DNA of 63,987 nucleotides, filler included, from Platydemus manokwari (lineage: Eukaryota): the NCBI GenBank assembly GCA_037951405.1. It is 5 parts of 5 records of this genome, joined end to end, with 100 filler letters (N's around TTAATTAATTAA, not from the genome) between each part and the next. Parts side by side here need not be neighbours in the genome. Positions count along the whole stretch, not along the records: positions 1 to 11,935 come from JBBMOY010382222.1; positions 12,036 to 21,907 come from JBBMOY011194321.1; 3 more parts are not named here. One strand, 5' to 3'. Shown here piece by piece: positions 1 to 12,629 of the stretch; the first letter of the stretch is position 1, and each line of letters starts with the position of its first letter. The notes under the pieces were generated by a model, which worked only from the letters and a program-made list of their open reading frames with translations, was not told where the DNA came from and searched no databases. Made by a program: the position numbers and the translations under genes.

Positions 1-3000
1 TATCGTACATTTATTAATATTCGATATCTTTATTAGAGCAGTTTTGATGATTCAATGAACCGTCTGAAACGTTTAGCTAACTTCACAGAATACTGATAAT
101 TGTGATTATTAATTTTTCATGATTTTCTTCCACATCAATTGGCTCTACTCTGAAAGCTTTCAGCTTACTGAAATCGATATTAAATCATTTTGAATACACA
201 GCTGAATTTTTCTGAAAAAAGAACAAAATTAGAAACGACTATTTCACATATCACGAAAATTCTGTCAACTAAAATTTCATAAATGTCTGAATTGATCGAT
301 CAATTAAAGTTGGCAGCTATTTAAGCCAAAATCGGAATAAATTCGACTGAAATCACTCGTAAAAATTGAATTGAATTAACTAGTTCGATTAAATGTGTGG
401 TTAAGGAAGATTAATTTTAGAGTTTTTAATCTTGTAAGAGATTATTAAAATTGTTAACTGGAAAATATGATGGAAATTATCATTGTTATTATGTCTATAA
501 TAAGGAAAACATTCATATTACTACATTCAATTGTTTGCAGTAGCCAGGAACACTTGACGTATCTAAACAATCTCAATAAGTATGATTGACTTTTACATCA
601 AAATAATCTGATTTATCATCAAAACATTTTGATTATCAAAACCGTCTAGCTATTGCTAAAATAAAAGAATAATTTGGATCTAAAAAATTTAAACAATCTA
701 TAACAATAAGTCATTTACAATTTTAATTAATATTTATTTTAAAATTTAAAATAAAGATCGATTTATCAAATCAAATAATTTTAAATTATTTTAGATATTC
801 AGTTTAATAATATTCAATATAATTACAGACAATAATAGACATTACAGAAATTAAAATTCGCCTTTAGCAACTTAATTGTTTTACAACACGAAACACAGCA
901 TGTTTATTTTGAAATGAATAAATTGTTTTTTTGTTTCTTATTAAAGTTAAGCAGTATACCAGAATTTATTTGTAAAAAAAAGCAGATGACATTTGACTTA
1001 TTTCTGCTCAGCACTAAACTTTTGAATAAGCAAAATAAACATGACAATTTTCTTCTTTTTATCGACTGGTAATAGACTATTTTTGAATTGTCATTTATAA
1101 ACAGAGTTTGTATGTGTTTTTGTGCTGTAAATTTATTACGATTTTCTATTTTCCAATTCCTATTGCGTCTACCAATTTTCGTAAATTAGATTGGTCAGTC
1201 CTTCTGAATGTGCTATTGTGTAGTCATTGGCAAATTGAAATATTTAATTCATGTTGTCTCTGATTGGTTGGTTATCACGCTTGTGTTACTGTGTAGGTAT
1301 TCATATATGCGAAGTATCAAAATAAGAGTTCAAACTTTTCAAAATCGTAATTTTGTATGGAATTCGTCTTTGTTTAACATTATGTAATGATGGCTTTGAT
1401 TTAATATTCCCACCTAATGGTATTAAGTTCACAGTTGATTGCTTTCTTATTATATTCTCGTTGTCATTTTAATTGCCAATTACTCAACCTTCTCAAAATT
1501 TATTTGAATTTTATTGGCAAAATTAGGCTTTTTGGAAGATGAACCATTTTTTTCATCATTGATACATCTGCTTCCCACCCAGTGAAACTATCTCTGCAAG
1601 AAACTTGGCTTTGCATAATTTAATACGTTCAGATGCAAGGATTTTTGTTTATTTATTTTTATTGAGACTTGGATGTTGGCTATATTCCAAGGACTCCAAC
1701 TGTAAAGTATAAGATAGAACGGAGCAAAAGCTCTTATCAAAACCATGGTAAAAAGTGCAAAAGGGATGCACAGAAACATAATAGACACGCAGTTCAGTTA
1801 CCAACCAGAGACCTAGAAATCAGCACTCTGTGATTGGATTTCGATTTTCAATTTTTCCATACCTACATTGAAATGCACCAATAACGTAAGATTTAAAAAA
1901 TCAACCAACAAAATCGAAAACAAAGTTTGAGAATAAAATTAAAAACTCAACCATCAAATTGATAGAAACCAAAAATATAAATTACGATTGTTTTTAAGGG
2001 AATTACCACCATTTTGTCGGTAAACAATTGAGTTTGTTTATTCATGAGTGCCTATTGTGGGTTATTTAAAAAATGAAATTATATTATTTCCTACTCTTCG
2101 ATTGAATTTTTATTTAAACACAACTATGAAAGTAAGTAGTTTCACTGTCCAATCAGATCAGATCGCCTAGTACCTCTTCCAATAATTTTGGCTCATTTAT
2201 TAGGCATTTTAAGGCATTAGTAGCGTAGTACTCCTATTTGTATTTGCGTTGTCAACTCATATCTTTAAATTTGTGAATTAGCATTCCTTATTTGCGTAAG
2301 ATCGGGAGAATGGTTTTGGTGTTATTTAGTGGATTATAATGTTCATTTTATTATATCCAATTTTATAATTACTATGAATTACAAAAGTACTCAGTGGGTT
2401 CCAATACAAAAAAACCTGATTTTTGGTTTCCATAAAAACAACTTATTGGTAAAATAATAAAACCCAAAATCTAAAATATCAAATTGCAAAGCTTAACTCG
2501 AAATATAAAAGATTCATCATCACCGTTAAAAGACTATATAGATTTTAAATGAAAAAAATAATTAAGGAAAATTTATCAAATTGAAAAATTCATCGAAAAT
2601 CACGCAAATTTGATAATAATTTCTGTATATCAGTTATAATTGCACTTTGTAAAAAATAATGAATACAGATCGAATGATTTAATCACAAACAGAAACAATT
2701 CGATCTAATGATGATTTCAAAATCAAAATGAGTTGAGTCTCACAGAAATTTAAATTAATTTTATCAAATCCGAATTATATGAGACCCCATAAACAAAATT
2801 TAAAATCTAATAAAATTAGACAACAAAATCGCGCGATCTTTTATATTCTCATTAAAACAAACATCATCGATAAAAGAAGTTCATTTACCAAAATGAATTT
2901 AATAAAATATTATTACTGAATATTTCATTCGTCTTTAAATTTTTTTAATTTAAATTTCATATAAGCCAACAACAACTATTTATTAACCTTAAAATGAAAA

Positions 3001-3206
3001 CACAAAAAACTCATGTTATGACAATATAATAGACTATAAACTTACTCGATGAAATGTTTCGATGATAGATTATTTTCTTGAATTATTTTATGAATGATAA
3101 TCGTATTAGATACTTTTTCAAAACAGATATAATCAACATTTTTCTCTTTTCAATGTTTCTTAACAGATTTATTTTTCTCATCTACTGCTCGTGATTTTAC
3201 GAATTT

Positions 3207-3523
3207 TCAGAAAATCTTTTGCCACTTTGTCACTGATCTATTTTGATAGTTTATCATTTCTTTCCAATGCATTTGAATGGAATTTTCGTCCGTATACATA
3301 ACTGATCCCAATATTACTTTCCCTAAGAGATGACTGAATCCAATTTTGCTTCGACTACAAACATGGATAGCGACTCCAATTTCCATTATGTTCGCTTTGT
3401 CAATGCTAAATATACATTCTAAATCAAAATACGGTGCATCGATATCTTTCTTGATAGTCATTGATCTTTTTGTTTTGATTGGTTTGTTCCCAATCAACAT
3501 CGTACATCTAGTAAAAACTGAAT
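3207..3523 (-). CDS. Terminal exon of a synaptotagmin-like (SYT15-like) C2B-domain gene; upstream exons not located
   Basis: Acceptor ttttttaattacag| precedes (D)SVFTRCTMLIGNKPIKTKRS...PYF...F...LLGKVILGSVMYT...HWKEMIN...VTKWQKIF*. This resembles the synaptotagmin C2B C-terminus (SYT15 from memory: GRVVVGPYMYT..HWDEML..VKRWH). Confidence 0.75.
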
Positions 3524-3867
3524 CTGTAATTAAAAAAAGATTAAATTCAAACTTTTCATAAATAAATATATTAGAAAATTTCTCAGTGAAATTAAAATTT
3601 TAAATTTAAAGGAATTTTTTGTGTGACAAGTTAATTTATTGTGTAGCTGTGTTATCATGAGTTTTATCAATTAAAAAATGACTGAGAAAAATTCATCAAA
3701 AATCTCGCATATTTGATAATAATTTTTGCATATCACATTCTGATTTATACACACACGTATATATGCTATTGTATAGATGTATATATAAAATTATGAAAAC
3801 AGTCGATATAAAGCCCTTATGGTCATTGTTATTTTTACAGGATTCTTTAGCTCTCAACACTCACTTC

Positions 3868-4422
3868 TGTTGGATTATCAACAACAATTTAAATCTGAAA
3901 ATTTGTATTAACTAAATATTACACTCAAAGTTTAAATAACAACAAATCTCTACGCAATTCGTAAAGAAAATCATTCAAGATGGATCAGCGTCAGAAAGTC
4001 TAAAACAGAATGAAGAGTAATCAAAAAGACTGATAATTAAAATCACACATAAGCTAAGCACTGAAGTTACCGACCAACAAAGACTGGCAGTAGAGTCCAC
4101 GTAACTCAACCAATTTTATAGGCCCATCGTGTGTGTCTGCTTGATGTCACAGATCTTCGTTTTCAATTAGCTGAATTTGTTTGTGGATCGATTTATTTGA
4201 GATTTTCCTTATATCTCTCGTGCGATTGGCGGGTATTTGAGCTTGCTGCCTTTTGCAAGTATATGCCTGTCGATTCTTGGCTTCTATATACGTATTAACA
4301 TTAGAACGAATCCCATTGGTTAATGGCACTTTTGTGTTTATCGAGTTTGTTTGTATTGAGCCTTATTAGGGTTTTTCCTTGGTTCTTGTGACCTTTTTAA
4401 TTGATTTGTGTTATACCCAACA
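3868..4422 (-). mobile_element. Solo-LTR-like repeat (~555 bp), TGTTGG...CCAACA termini
   Basis: On the minus strand it starts tgttgggtat and ends ataatccaaca, and contains a TATA-like ctataaaa. It is clearly similar to 57767-58253 (aatacccgccaatcgcacgagagatataagg vs gttatccgccaatagcacgggagatgtaag). Flanks cttc/catc may be a degenerate 4-bp TSD. Confidence 0.55.
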
Positions 4423-7400
4423 CATCTCATGATCCGGTAAAAACTGAATAAACGGAAAAGAGCTAGTTATTTACCAAGTCTCACTTTAAAAGCTACCCAA
4501 GCATGAATATATTTCATATAGATAATATTCATCATTATAAAATAAAAAAAATATGTTCATGTGTTTTAGCAAATAAAATTTTATTTATTCTGTTTTAATC
4601 AGCGTTTGATAGCACCTTTATTTTTATCATTCAACCAATAACTTTCTATGTGGAGTTTTATGGAATGTGCATCTTTTTTAATTTCAAATGTGCAAACAGG
4701 TCTTCATCAAAGTTGTAAAAATTTAAACTTAAAATAAAACTAAAATAGTCAATATAGAAATCAATCAATATATTGATACGTTTCGAATCAATATCAATAA
4801 TTATTGAATTAACATAAAATCAAGCTAAATTTAATTTAATTTACAATTATAATTGAAGAATAAATTAATTCATTATATCATCTGGAGATTACATTTTATT
4901 ATTTTATAATTTTTTCTAATCTTCGTTAATTAAATCATTGTATCAAAATCATAACAACTAATAATTGAAAAATCGATAATTTGATTCCATTTGATATAGG
5001 GCAAGCTTTCATCTTCATGTGACATTAATTAATTCACTGGTATTTGTTTTAGTAAATTTATCAAGACTAAAACCTTCAGTATTCTAAAAGAAATTTTATT
5101 GATTTTCTACAATTTCATCGTAAATTTAGTTGAATGAAGTGATTGAATAAGAACATTTTATCTAATTATCGCAATTATCAGTTCTATTAAAATAACACAA
5201 ATTATTTTTACTACTATTTAATATGGTTTAATAATAACTTGTTAATTTTATTAAAAATAATGACAAAGATTAAATTTCAGTTTAATATTTTTTGAAAAAT
5301 ATCGATCGTTGAGTAAATAATATTGAAAGTTGTGATTGTAACTGGTGATAGCTCTCAAAGTGTAGATGAACTCTGAAATAATAAGAAATTCATAATCAGT
5401 TCGCGCTCATTACGTGTGTTAAAAGTTTATTCGATGATCGGCTTTTCACGATTTTAATCGGATTTATCGATTTATCATTTCCAGAATTGATCAATTCCTG
5501 TGCATGTGAGATAAAGAAATCATTGAAATTGAAATATTTTCCGTGTTGATTCTGATTTGTCGATTATCGTGATTTTATGATTGTGTATGCACGTGAGTGT
5601 ATACAGTATCCACGGCTCGAAGGATTGCTATGACAATTTGTATGACAGATGACTTCTATGTCAAAAATTTTGCTTGCACAATTTTTTTCTTAATAATTTT
5701 AAAATTTAATTATAATGTTGGGTTACAAAAGAATTGAAGGTCATAATCTATATTTCACTAACAGATACTAGCCAGTACAATACAATTGGCTCAAAACCTC
5801 GACAAAACATTTCATAAACAATTTAAAGCTTGACTTCCATCCTGCAGTTGAGTATCTTTACATTACCATTTATACTTGAGATTTGTGTGTAATTAGTGAA
5901 TCACGTTTTGATTTGATCTTTTATTTTTTCAAGTTCCAATTGTATTTATTGTCTTTGTATTCTTGGAATTGTTCAATTCCTATGTGTGTGATATTTTGTT
6001 GCTTCGAGTTATAATTTTAAATTTAAGTCGGTTGAGATTGATTGATTACTATATCTATATGGCTGTGTAGGCATGCAAATCCTAAAATGGCTAAATTAAG
6101 GGTTCCAATTTGCAAAAAGGTTTTCCTTTTGCAAGATTTCTTCTCTATTCAAATATAAAAATAATTATTTTCATATTAATATCCATTTAATTTCAACTTA
6201 AAATTACTGAAAATCGATAAAATTTCCTTACAAGGTTCAAAAGATTAGAAATCCAGTTTGGATAAATCTGAAAAGTTTTAATTTTAATCGAACCGGCTTA
6301 TATAATTTTTAAGCAATTGATAATAAATTAAAACTTTTTCTTGAAGTCACCCAAAATTATTTCCTTTCTCATTACGCGACGCACTAGATTAAAAATCTAT
6401 TTCCTGCAAATTTTCATTGGCGCACTTTAATTTGTAATAAAAGTAAATTTTCTCACAATTTCAAATACCCGTTTGCCAATGAAATGACAACAATAAATCA
6501 TGGAAATGAATAAAAGTACCAGATAAGAACAGAGTTTACAATAAAAATCGCTTGGCACCTTTTTGATTGATAATAAACAGTTATATTCTTCTCTTAATAA
6601 TAACCATCTGTTTTTTGAAGAACCATGATATGAGATGACAATAAAATATTTCTCCACAAATAAAGTTGATAAATTACTTGCAATTTCCCTCAAATATTCT
6701 TAAATTCTTTGAAAAAATATTTCATCACTGACCGTTTAATTGCCTAAGGAGTGTTTTTTTAAAAAGGAGCTAAAACATCTCATCAAAATTTATACCGAAT
6801 TGTATTTAAAATGTATTGTGTTGAATCTGATTAAAAGATGAATTATTCATGTGAATGCCAAACACTTTTGCAGATATGAAAGCTGAATTGATGTGTAACA
6901 ATTTCTTTTTTCGATAAATCAACATAAAAATTGAAAAATAAGTGATTGAATTTAATAAAAGGAAATTAATCCATTTAGCAGTTGTAGATCGAGATTCTAA
7001 ATTACAAGAAAGAATATCCAAGAAAGATAAAAAACGTGAAGGCTAAATGAAAATATGATATTAAAATTTCTATAAAATTTCACTTGTGGTATAAAATTAG
7101 GAAAATCGACTGCACAATACAGTAGTTAAATATTTCTGGATGTTCCACGGCTATCCTTTAATGAAATTCGGAAAAAGTGTTTTTCGAAACTTTATTTAAT
7201 TATACGTTTACCATAAAAAAAATAAAAAACAAAAATAATTCATAATAATCAATAAAATCAACCATACCATCTACTTTGGTACTTACAATAAAGTGATAGA
7301 AGATATCGATTTTGTCAAATATCGAATATGAGAAAAATCATTACAATTTTTACTGTTTTAAATTTTTTTATTTTGTTTGAATGAACTGCGACTGTAATAT

Positions 7401-9099
7401 ATTTATGCTGTGTTTCGAATAAAATGATTTATTGATTGTTAATTTGTTTTAAACAGATATTTACCCAAAAACCTGCATTGGGTCTACCTGATGTAGAGCC
7501 CAATGTTACTCGTGAAATAAAAATCTTATTCCAAAAGACAAATAAGTAGATCATCATGATTTATTTATTACTATCTTGTACAAACACTTTTACTCTACAA
7601 TATCAAATCACAAGGGCGGAGCCCTTAAATGAGTTCATCACTTAAAATTGGACTAAATCCTGATACAAAATTGAAAATACTGGTCTAGGATCTACTCTTG
7701 GCCTTAGTACTGCGTTCGTAAATACTATTACGATGAATCGAACAAATATTACGGCTGATCGCAAATATTTTCACGTTCCCCTTTATAGTCTAAACTTTCT
7801 AATTTACCGGTATTCGGGAACACTATTCACGATTACCACCTCAAACAATTAATAATAAATTATTCAAAAAACCTGCACTCAACTGCAAAGTTCCTATGGA
7901 ATTCGCTTTAATTAATGGCTTCTCTTAATTTTCTTCAACAATTCCTCATACATATTTTTTCCTTCTTGTTCAATTCGTTTATCAGACTAATTTGTCTCAT
8001 TACGAAGTTCTACGAAATTGTAATCTTAATTCGGATTGCCTTAGTATTTATACTGGTTTGCTTGCAGAACGATGTAATAAACCAATCTACTTTATTTTTT
8101 TAGGCCAAATTTCAACCAATTTTTACTAAAATGATGTTTTTCTCTATTTAAATCGGTCTAAATCGGCCTGAGTCCACCGACTTTACGAAGTTGTTACTTT
8201 GGGCTGCAATTCTTTCCGATTTGGTGACAATTTCTCAATGGTCTATAACAGGTATCACTTCCGTTATCAAATATCAGAACAATGACTTATTTTAATAAAA
8301 TATCATTTAATTTTAATTCCTAGTATTTTATTTATATTTTTATTATCTGGATCCGTCACTTGAATTTACTTATTTCTTCAGTCCGAAATGTCTCATGGTA
8401 ATTGCTGAAAATGCATATGAGAGATGAAAATAGGTTTGAAATTGGAAGTAATTTCACTTTAGTCGTTATTTAAATAAATTTTTGTTTGAATTTTGATTTT
8501 TAGTTTCGTGAGAAGAATACCATATTCTTGTCAGCTGATAAAAGGCAAAGATAATGATTACCACAATAAAGAATGGTAGTCAATAAAATTTAACTGCAAA
8601 TTATTTTTAAATTATTTTACATTACTCCTGTGATTTTCAATGAATGGAAAAACTGTAAAAATCGCTTCGGTTACCAGAGTACCAATCACTACATTCCACT
8701 CCATTAATCATCTAAATTTAATTTTGAGATTTGTTATTAAGGCTTTTTCAGATAAAAGACTTAATTTTTCAGTAAAATTTATCACGGAATCAAAAATATC
8801 CATCAGCAATACACCCGATTTTGTTTTAATTATCAGCTAATTTTAATGAAAACTTTGAAATTTCTCTTTCAGTCACTTCCTAGGTTTCTCTTTTCATGAT
8901 CAATGAGTATAAACTTAATTTAATTTATTTTATCCTCCTTATATAGTTATTATTTTTTGTAGAAAATAAGTATTACAGGACCAAATATATTTAGAGAATT
9001 TACAAGAAAAAATAAGAATATATTGCGCGTATTGTTTTGAAATATTCATTAATAATAATCTCAAATTAACTCCAGATAAAATCAGAAAGTAGATTTCTT

Positions 9100-9660
9100 A
9101 GCCAAAGTTAAAAAACGGTCTGTATTGCAAAATTCTGTATAGTTTATTTAATTATATTCTTTAAAAACATATTGAATTTTTTTATTTAAGCACTTAATAA
9201 GAATTTTAATTGTTTGGAATTAAATAGGCTAGAGCTTACAAATCTTTTAAAATTTGATTATTTGAAAAAATGAAAAAGTCGGTCGAATTGCAATTTATTG
9301 AAAATTAACGAGGACCCTTTTTAACATTAAAAGCAAAATGAGAGATATTCTCAATGTTTACAATTATTTTATAAAAAATTTATTAAACATATCTGTAATT
9401 AACTAACTCGATTTATAATTATAAAAACTTAAATTTATAAAATAAAAATAATCATGTAGTAATGTTGTGATTAGAGAAGGAACTTAGTTTTAAAACTATG
9501 TTTTGTCACTATTAGACATCTTAAAAAATTAGATATTAACTGAATTATGCGAATAAATCAAACATAGCAGTCATATGTAAAATTAAATTATAAAATTGTG
9601 ATGCGCGAAAATTCATTGTAACAAAAGTGGGTCAAAGCACCCTTTTTCTTAACTTAAGCC
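9100..9660. mobile_element. MITE-like non-autonomous DNA transposon, copy 1
   Basis: Ends agccaaagttaaaaaacggtc ... gcaccctttttcttaacttaagcc form imperfect TIRs. The interior is colinear with 38489-39035 and the reverse complement of 56020-56621. Confidence 0.7.
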
Positions 9661-11861
9661 GATTTTTTAATAAAATTTGATTTTCCAACCATTTGATGAG
9701 TTCATGTCAAAATAACGTGTATCAACAAATTCGAAAACCTCACTTTCAAGTGATGTGTGACTTAAACTTTTAATAAAATTCATTTCAAACAATCCTATAA
9801 AGCAATAAACAAGTGGGCAATGGAAATAAAGCGTGAAACTCAAACAAGTTGATACATAAGCATTGGGAAACATTAGGATAATCCATTTTAAATGTATCTA
9901 TAGAAAACGATATGGAAATCGATGCATAATTTATGAGTATCCCAATTTATAACCATGTGAAAATAATCACAAAAACCGATATTTTCAGTTTATGAAAATT
10001 TTCATTGAAATTTCAGTATGTAATAAAAGTAAATAACTGACTTTTCGGAACTAAAAAAAATAATCTAACGATTAATTTCAATTTGTGACAATGAGAAAAA
10101 TTGTATGACCAATGCTTTAAAACAAACATTTTGTTAGTACTGATAAATGAAATATTCAGAACAATTTTAATAAACAGATACATTAAACATAACTATTTTC
10201 TGAGAAATTATAAAATTCTTTAGGATTAGTAATTTATTTATTTATCCTTAGATTTAGATTTTCATTTAGATTTGGTAATGATTAGTGCATTCAATTACAT
10301 GGTATATAGAAAAATTAACGAAAATTATTTAATACTTAATACAGTTGTTTAATTAATTAATATTGACTAAGACTGATGTGAATACGAGCAGGAGAATAAA
10401 TAAATTCGTTAATGGGTGTTATTTTTCATGGATTTGTTATTTTTACATTTTAAAATCTAATTATTATCTCAATTTTTAAAATCTTAATTTAGTATATGTA
10501 AGCATCTACAATTTTATAAACGACACATTAAAAACGAAACTGAAAACTCACGACATCAGATTACATTCAAATATAAATATTTAAACAAATTAATTTGATT
10601 TCATACAACATTTTTTATACAGAATTAAATTTCATATTAAATCAAAATTAAGTTTTTAAATTTTTTAATTCCATTTGAAATTCTGACAGTATATATTAAT
10701 CTTATAATTTGTGTTCGCCATACTCCTACTTCATAATTCAATTATATAAATACATATTATTGATTGTGCTGGTTGTGATGGTTTTTGGATTGATAATGTT
10801 TTGATAAACAGATTTCGATTCGACATCGAATCGGCAATTTACTCATTGATTTATTAGATTATATGGCCATTTTGCATACATTTTCTGTAACTTAACACTT
10901 AGTCAAAAACATCTGATAAAAATGCATCTTGTTGCTTAACAACATATCCGTCACACTATCAAAATATTGATGTTGAGAAATTATGATTGAAAACTTGTTT
11001 ACCAAGATTTTTCAATAATTTGTTTTTATTTATTATCATAGTAATTGTCAGCATTGTAAATTGAATTAATATTTTTATAGATTTAAATTTGCATAAAATC
11101 GAATTGATTTGTTTAAATAATTGTTTTTAAATATAATTTGATGTCATGACTTTCGTTTTCGATGCGTCTTTTATAAAATAGTGGCGGCTTACAGTAATTA
11201 CTCCGAATTAATTAATTACAATGATCACAGCAAAATACAATTGTGCAAGCTGTATGTTTCGGCCATTCAATTCTCCTCTTTGATACGACATTCTTGTAAT
11301 CTAGGAGTCGCAATCTATTTTATTGATCATTACGTTGATCTATTAAATAAAAATCAATAATAAAAACTTAAATCTCTCAAATATTACAAAACATGACACT
11401 GTTGAATATGATGTTAGTTGCTCATGTTTGGAAATGCAAAAACTAGTATTAAATTCTTATCCAATGTTTTGGGATCCAAAAGAATCAAATATTGCAATTT
11501 GTATTTCGCTAATCAGTACGTACACAAATGACTCTAAAATTTAACAAAAACTTCAGAAAACAAAATAAAACAACGGCATAAAACTCAATTTCTATCTGAA
11601 AATTGGATACCTTTAAGTCAGTGTTTATGCCTGGGGTTTACTGGAAAATTGTGTATCACGTTTTGATTTGATCTTTTATATCTCAAGTTCAAATTAGATT
11701 TATTAATTTTTTTTTCTCAGGATTGGTCAATCCCTGTTTTAGTTAATGTTCAGCAATGTCCATTTTCGATTCAGCATCTTTTACGTAATTCTTCTCTGAC
11801 TGGTTGGTTGTTATGCTTGTACGGTTGTGTAGGCATGCAAACGCTTAAAGTGGTAAAATAA

Positions 11862-11935
11862 TATTAGGTTGGTGCAAAAATAATGGCCGTTATCTAACAG
11901 CAACTTTAAAAGACTATAACTCGCTTAAAAAATAA
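11862..11935. mobile_element. Mariner (Tc1/mariner) terminal inverted repeat at a contig end
   Basis: TA-TTAGGTTGGTGCAAAAATAATGGCCGTT closely matches the Hsmar1/cecropia-type TIR TTAGGTTGGTGCAAAAGTAATTGCGGTT and is preceded by the TA target dinucleotide. The sequence runs into a gap. Confidence 0.7.
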
Positions 11936-12035
11936 NNNNNNNNNNNNNNNNNNNNNNNNNNNNNNNNNNNNNNNNNNNNTTAATTAATTAANNNNNNNNN
12001 NNNNNNNNNNNNNNNNNNNNNNNNNNNNNNNNNNN
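11936..12035. other. Artificial contig-joining linker (44N-TTAATTAATTAA-44N)
   Basis: 100-nt block with an all-frame-stop 12-mer at 11980-11991; the same block recurs three more times. Confidence 0.95.
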
Positions 12036-12629
12036 ATTAATAAATCATCCTTTATCAATTTTCTTCGATTTTTATTATTTTTTTTTAATTTTTACCTCAA
12101 TTTTTTGTGGTTTTTTATGATTAAATTCGATTTTTTCCTATTTATATTCGATTTTTAATGTTATATCCTTATTATGTCGAGTCATGATTGCATCATAGAA
12201 CCAAGAAAAAATTCCCATGACTAAATATCGATTTTGACTTCTAAATTTAATTTTTTTTTTCTCCTTTCAAAAGTTTCCAGCAATTTATTAAGTGAAATTA
12301 TTTCGTTGAAAATTTTCAATTTCATAAATGTGACCCAATGAAATTGGAGATCGAAATTTGACGAATTGTAATGATAAGATCAATTCTAATTTAGCAAAAC
12401 AAAATTTAATTCATATATAATCCCATTTATGAGGACAGAAATTTAGAACATCTCACTGTCAATCATGCTTGTATTTTAATAAGAAAGGTATTGGTTTTGT
12501 TATAAATATTTGTGTAATAACGATTTATAATTTTATTGGATTTTAAATTTGACTGTTGATTTTTATGGTGCTATTATTATTATTATGGATTATTATTGAT
12601 TATCACATTTTCTTTCTCATTTCAGATTG

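Noticed and set aside
11980-11991. Recurring TTAATTAATTAA as a biological repeat, CRISPR-like unit or regulatory motif
   Set aside because: It is always centred in exactly 100-nt N blocks, so it is an assembly linker.
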